In this document: positions 60,301-64,000 of the stretch, piece by piece
Layout of the letters: each line of letters opens with the position of its first letter
How positions within the stretch are numbered: the first letter of the stretch is position 1
Origin: the human T2T-CHM13v2.0 reference genome, Homo sapiens
Strand: one strand, 5' to 3'
Assembly: GCF_009914755.1 (NCBI RefSeq)
Contig: NC_060926.1
DNA length: 64,000 nucleotides
Notes under the pieces: generated by a model
Database searches by the model: none
Told to the model about the DNA's origin: nothing
What the model saw: only the letters and a program-made list of their open reading frames with translations
Program-made: the position numbers and the translations under genes

Positions 60301-63300
60301 ATTCCATTCAATGATAACTCCATTCGAATACATTAGATGATTCCATTCGATTCCATTCGATGTTGATTCTATTCGTGACCTTTAGATGATTTCACACAAT
60401 TCCTGTTGATGATGAATCCATTCAAGTCCATTTGATGATTACATTTGATTCCATTCGATGATGATTGCATTCAATTCCATTCATTGATTCCATTCCATTC
60501 GATTCGACAATGATTCCATTCGATTCCATTCTATGATTCCACTCGATTCCACTTGATGATGATTCCATTCGATTCCATTTGATGATTATTCCATTCGATC
60601 ATTCCATTTGAGTCCATTCGATTATGAATCCATTCGGGTCCATTCGATGATTCCATTCAAGTCCACTCGATAATTCCATTTGAGTCCATTCGATGATTGC
60701 TTTTGATTCCATTCGATTATATTCCATTCGAGTAAATTTGTTGATGCCATTCGTTTCTATTCGATGATGATTCCATTCGTGTCCACTCAGTGATTCCATT
60801 CGATTTCATTCAATGATGATTCTTTTTGAGTCCATTAGATGATTCCTTTCGATTCCATTTGATGATGATTCCATTCAAGTCCATTCAGTGATTCCATTCG
60901 ATTCTATTTGATGATGATTCCATTCGATTCCATTCGATGATGATTATATTCGTGCCCATTAGATGATTTCACACGATTCCATTTGATGATGATTCCATTC
61001 GATTCCATTCGATGATGATTCCATTCAATTCCATTCATTGGTGATTCCATTCAATTCCATTCATTGATTCCATTCCATTCCATTCGACAATGATTCCATT
61101 CGATTCCATTCGATGATTTCACTCAATTCCACTTGACAATGATTCTATTTAATTCCATTTGATGATTCCATTTGATTCCATTCGATGATGATTGCCTTCG
61201 ATTCCATTCGATGATTCCATTCGATTCCATTCAATGATGATTCCGTTCAATTCCATTTCATAATTCCATTTGATTCTATTCGAGGATTCCATTCAATACC
61301 ATTCCAAGATGATTCCATTTGAATCCATTTGATGTTTTCATTAGAGTTAATTCAATGATTCCATTCGAGTCCATTTGATGATTCCATTAGATTCCATTCG
61401 ATGATGATTCCATTAGGGTCCATTTGATGATTCCATTCGAGACCATTTGATAATTCCATTCGAGTCCATTTGATGATTCCATTCGAGTCCATTCGATGAT
61501 TCCTTTCGATTCCATTAGAAGATGATTCCATTTGATTCCGTTCATTGGTGATCCCATTCAATTCCATTCAATGATTCCATTCCATTCCATTCCATTCCAT
61601 TCAACAATGATTCCATTTGATTCCATTCGATGATTCCATTTGATTCCATTCAATGATTCCATTCGATTCTATTTGATGATGATTCCATTAGATTCCATTC
61701 GATGATGATAGCCTTCAATTCCATTTGTTGATTCCATTCAATTCCATTTGATGATGATTCTGTTTGATTCCATTTGATGATTCCATTTGAGTCCATTCGA
61801 TGATTCCATTCGATTCCATTTGATGATGATTCCATTTGAGTCCATTCGATGATTCCATTCGAGTCCATTCAATGATTGCATTCGAGTCCATTTGATGATT
61901 CCATTCGATTCCATTTTATGATAATTCCATTCGTGTCCATTCGATGATTCCATTTGAGTCCATTCAATAATTCCATTCGATTCCTTTCGATGATTCCATT
62001 CGATTCTATTTGATGTTTCCATTCGAGTCCATTTGTTCCTTCCATTCGTGTCCATTGAATGATTCCATTCGATTCTATTTGATGTTTCCATTCGAGTCCA
62101 TTTGTTCCTTCCATTCGTGTCCATTCGATGATTCCATTTGATTCCATTTGATGATGATCACATTCGATTCCATTTGATGATGATTCCATTCGTGTCCATT
62201 TGATGATTCCATTTGATTCCATTCGATGATGATTCCATTCGATTCCATTCGATGGTTCCATTGTATTCCATTCGATGAGGATTCCCTTCAAATCCATTTG
62301 ATGATTCTATTCAAGTCCATTCAGTGATTGCTTTTGATTCCATTCGATGATGATTCCCTTTGATTCCATTCGTTGATGATTCCATTCTATGTCATTCTAT
62401 GATTCCATTCGATTCCATTTGAAGTTGTTTGCATTCGATTCCATTCGATTATTCTATTCGATTATTTTCTAAGATGGTTCCATTCGATTCCATTCAGTGA
62501 TTTCAGTTGATTACTTTTGATGGTGATTCCTTTTGATTCCATTCAATGATTCCATTTGGTTCCAATCGATGATGATTCCATTCGAGTCCATTCGATTATA
62601 CCTTTTGATTAAATTCAATGATTATTCCATTCGAGTGCATTCAATGGTGGTTCCATTCGATTCCATTCGATGATTCCATTCAATTCCATTCGATGATGAT
62701 TGCATTCGATTCCATTTGATGATTCCCATCGATTCCATTCAAATTTGATTCCATTCGAGTCCATTCAATAATTCCATTCGATTCCATTCTCCGATGATTC
62801 CATTCGAGTCCATTCGATGATTCTATTCAATTCCAGTTGATGATGATTCCATTCGATTCCATTCGGTGATTTCATTGGATTCCATTTGATGATGATTCCA
62901 TTCGAGCCCATTCGATGATGATTCCATTCGAGTCCTTTCAATGATGATTACATTCGAGTCCATTCGATGATGATTCCATTCAAGTCCATTCGATGATTAT
63001 TCCATGTGATTCCATTCGATGATTACTCCTTTCGTTTCCATTTGATGATGATTCCATTCGGTTCCATTAGATAATGATTCCATTCAAGTCCATTCGATGA
63101 TTCCATTCGATTCCATTCAATGATGATTTCATTCGGGTCCATTCGATGATTCCTTTTGATTCCACTCGATGTTGATTCCATTTGAGTCCATTCGATGATT
63201 CTCTTCGAGTGCAATCCATGAGTCCTTTCGATTCCATTCGATGTTGATTCCATTCGAGTCCATTTGATTTAATTCGATGATGATTCGATTCAATTCCGTT

Positions 63301-64000
63301 CGATGATTCCATTCGATTCCATTTGATGATGATTCCATTCGAGTCAATTTGATGATTCCATTCGAGTCCATTTGTTGATTCTATTTGGTGCCATTTGATG
63401 ATGATTCCTTTCAATTCCATTCATTGATGATTCCATTCGATTCCATTCGATGATGATTCCATTCAGATGCATTCGATGATGATTCCATTCAATTCCATTC
63501 GATGATGATTCCATTCGATTTTAGTCAATGTTTCTATTCAATTCCTTTCTATGATTATTCAATTCTTTTCCATTTGATGATTCCATGTGATTCCATTTGA
63601 TGATGATTCCATTCGATTCCTTTCAATGATGATTCCATTCGTTTGCATTTGATGATGATTCCATTTGGGTCCATTCAAAGATTCCATTCGATTCCATTCG
63701 ATGATGATTCCATTCGAGTTCTTTTGATGATTCCATTCGACTCCATTCGATGATGATTCCATTCATTGCTATTCGATGATTCCATTCGATTCCATTTGCT
63801 GATGATTCCTTTCAACTCCATTCAATGATTCCATTCGATTCCATTCCATGATGATTCCCTTCATCTCCATTCAATGATTCTATTCAATTCCATTCGATGA
63901 GGATTCCATTCGAGTCCATTTGATGATTCTATTTGATTCCATTCAATGATTATTCCTCTCGAGTCCATTCAATGATTCCATTCGAGTACATTCAATTATT
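54391..64000 (-). repeat. Satellite II (HSat2) array in opposite (CATTC) orientation; inverted copy of 36177-45735
   Basis: ATTCCATTCGATTCCATTCGATG(ATG) monomers; minus-strand ORFs are near-identical mirrors of plus-strand ORFs at 36.4-45.6 kb. Confidence 0.97.

Noticed and set aside
34475-64000. Over 100 ORFs with MESSSNGIEWNHH-like peptides
   Set aside because: Translation artefacts of ATG-rich satellite monomers; useful only as markers of the inverted copy.
34889-64000. CRISPR-like or other prokaryotic repeat-spacer system
   Set aside because: No constant repeat with unique spacers and no cas genes; the sequence is primate satellite flanked by Alu and L1.
54391-64000. Inverted arm as a pure assembly or fold-back read artefact
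   Set aside because: The arms differ by CpG-type substitutions and monomer-sized indels and are separated by an 8.65-kb spacer, unlike an error echo. Considered unlikely, but not excluded without reads.

Overview
Primate (most likely human) pericentromeric DNA with no intact protein-coding gene. 1-34.5 kb is a repeat-rich segmental-duplication mosaic. It contains Alus, a full-length but inactivated L1PA3/4-type LINE-1 (5.3-11.4 kb, minus strand), old L1M, LTR and DNA-transposon relics, and a (CATTT/CAT)n tract. It also holds an unprocessed copy of KSR1 coding exon 1 (both ATGs lost, splice donor kept) next to a ~1 kb GC-rich GCAAAAAGCCGCGG tandem repeat. From ~34.55 kb a short (GGAAT)n block with an embedded Alu tail leads into a diverged satellite II (HSat2) array. 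The main hidden structure is a strand switch at 54390/54391: 54391-64000 is a near-identical inverted copy of 36177-45735. This forms a satellite palindrome with >=9.5 kb arms and an 8.65 kb spacer that runs off the window end. The arm differences I found are mostly CpG transitions plus whole-monomer indels (49/52 bp). Repeat subfamily names come from recalled consensus sequences, not from a database search.
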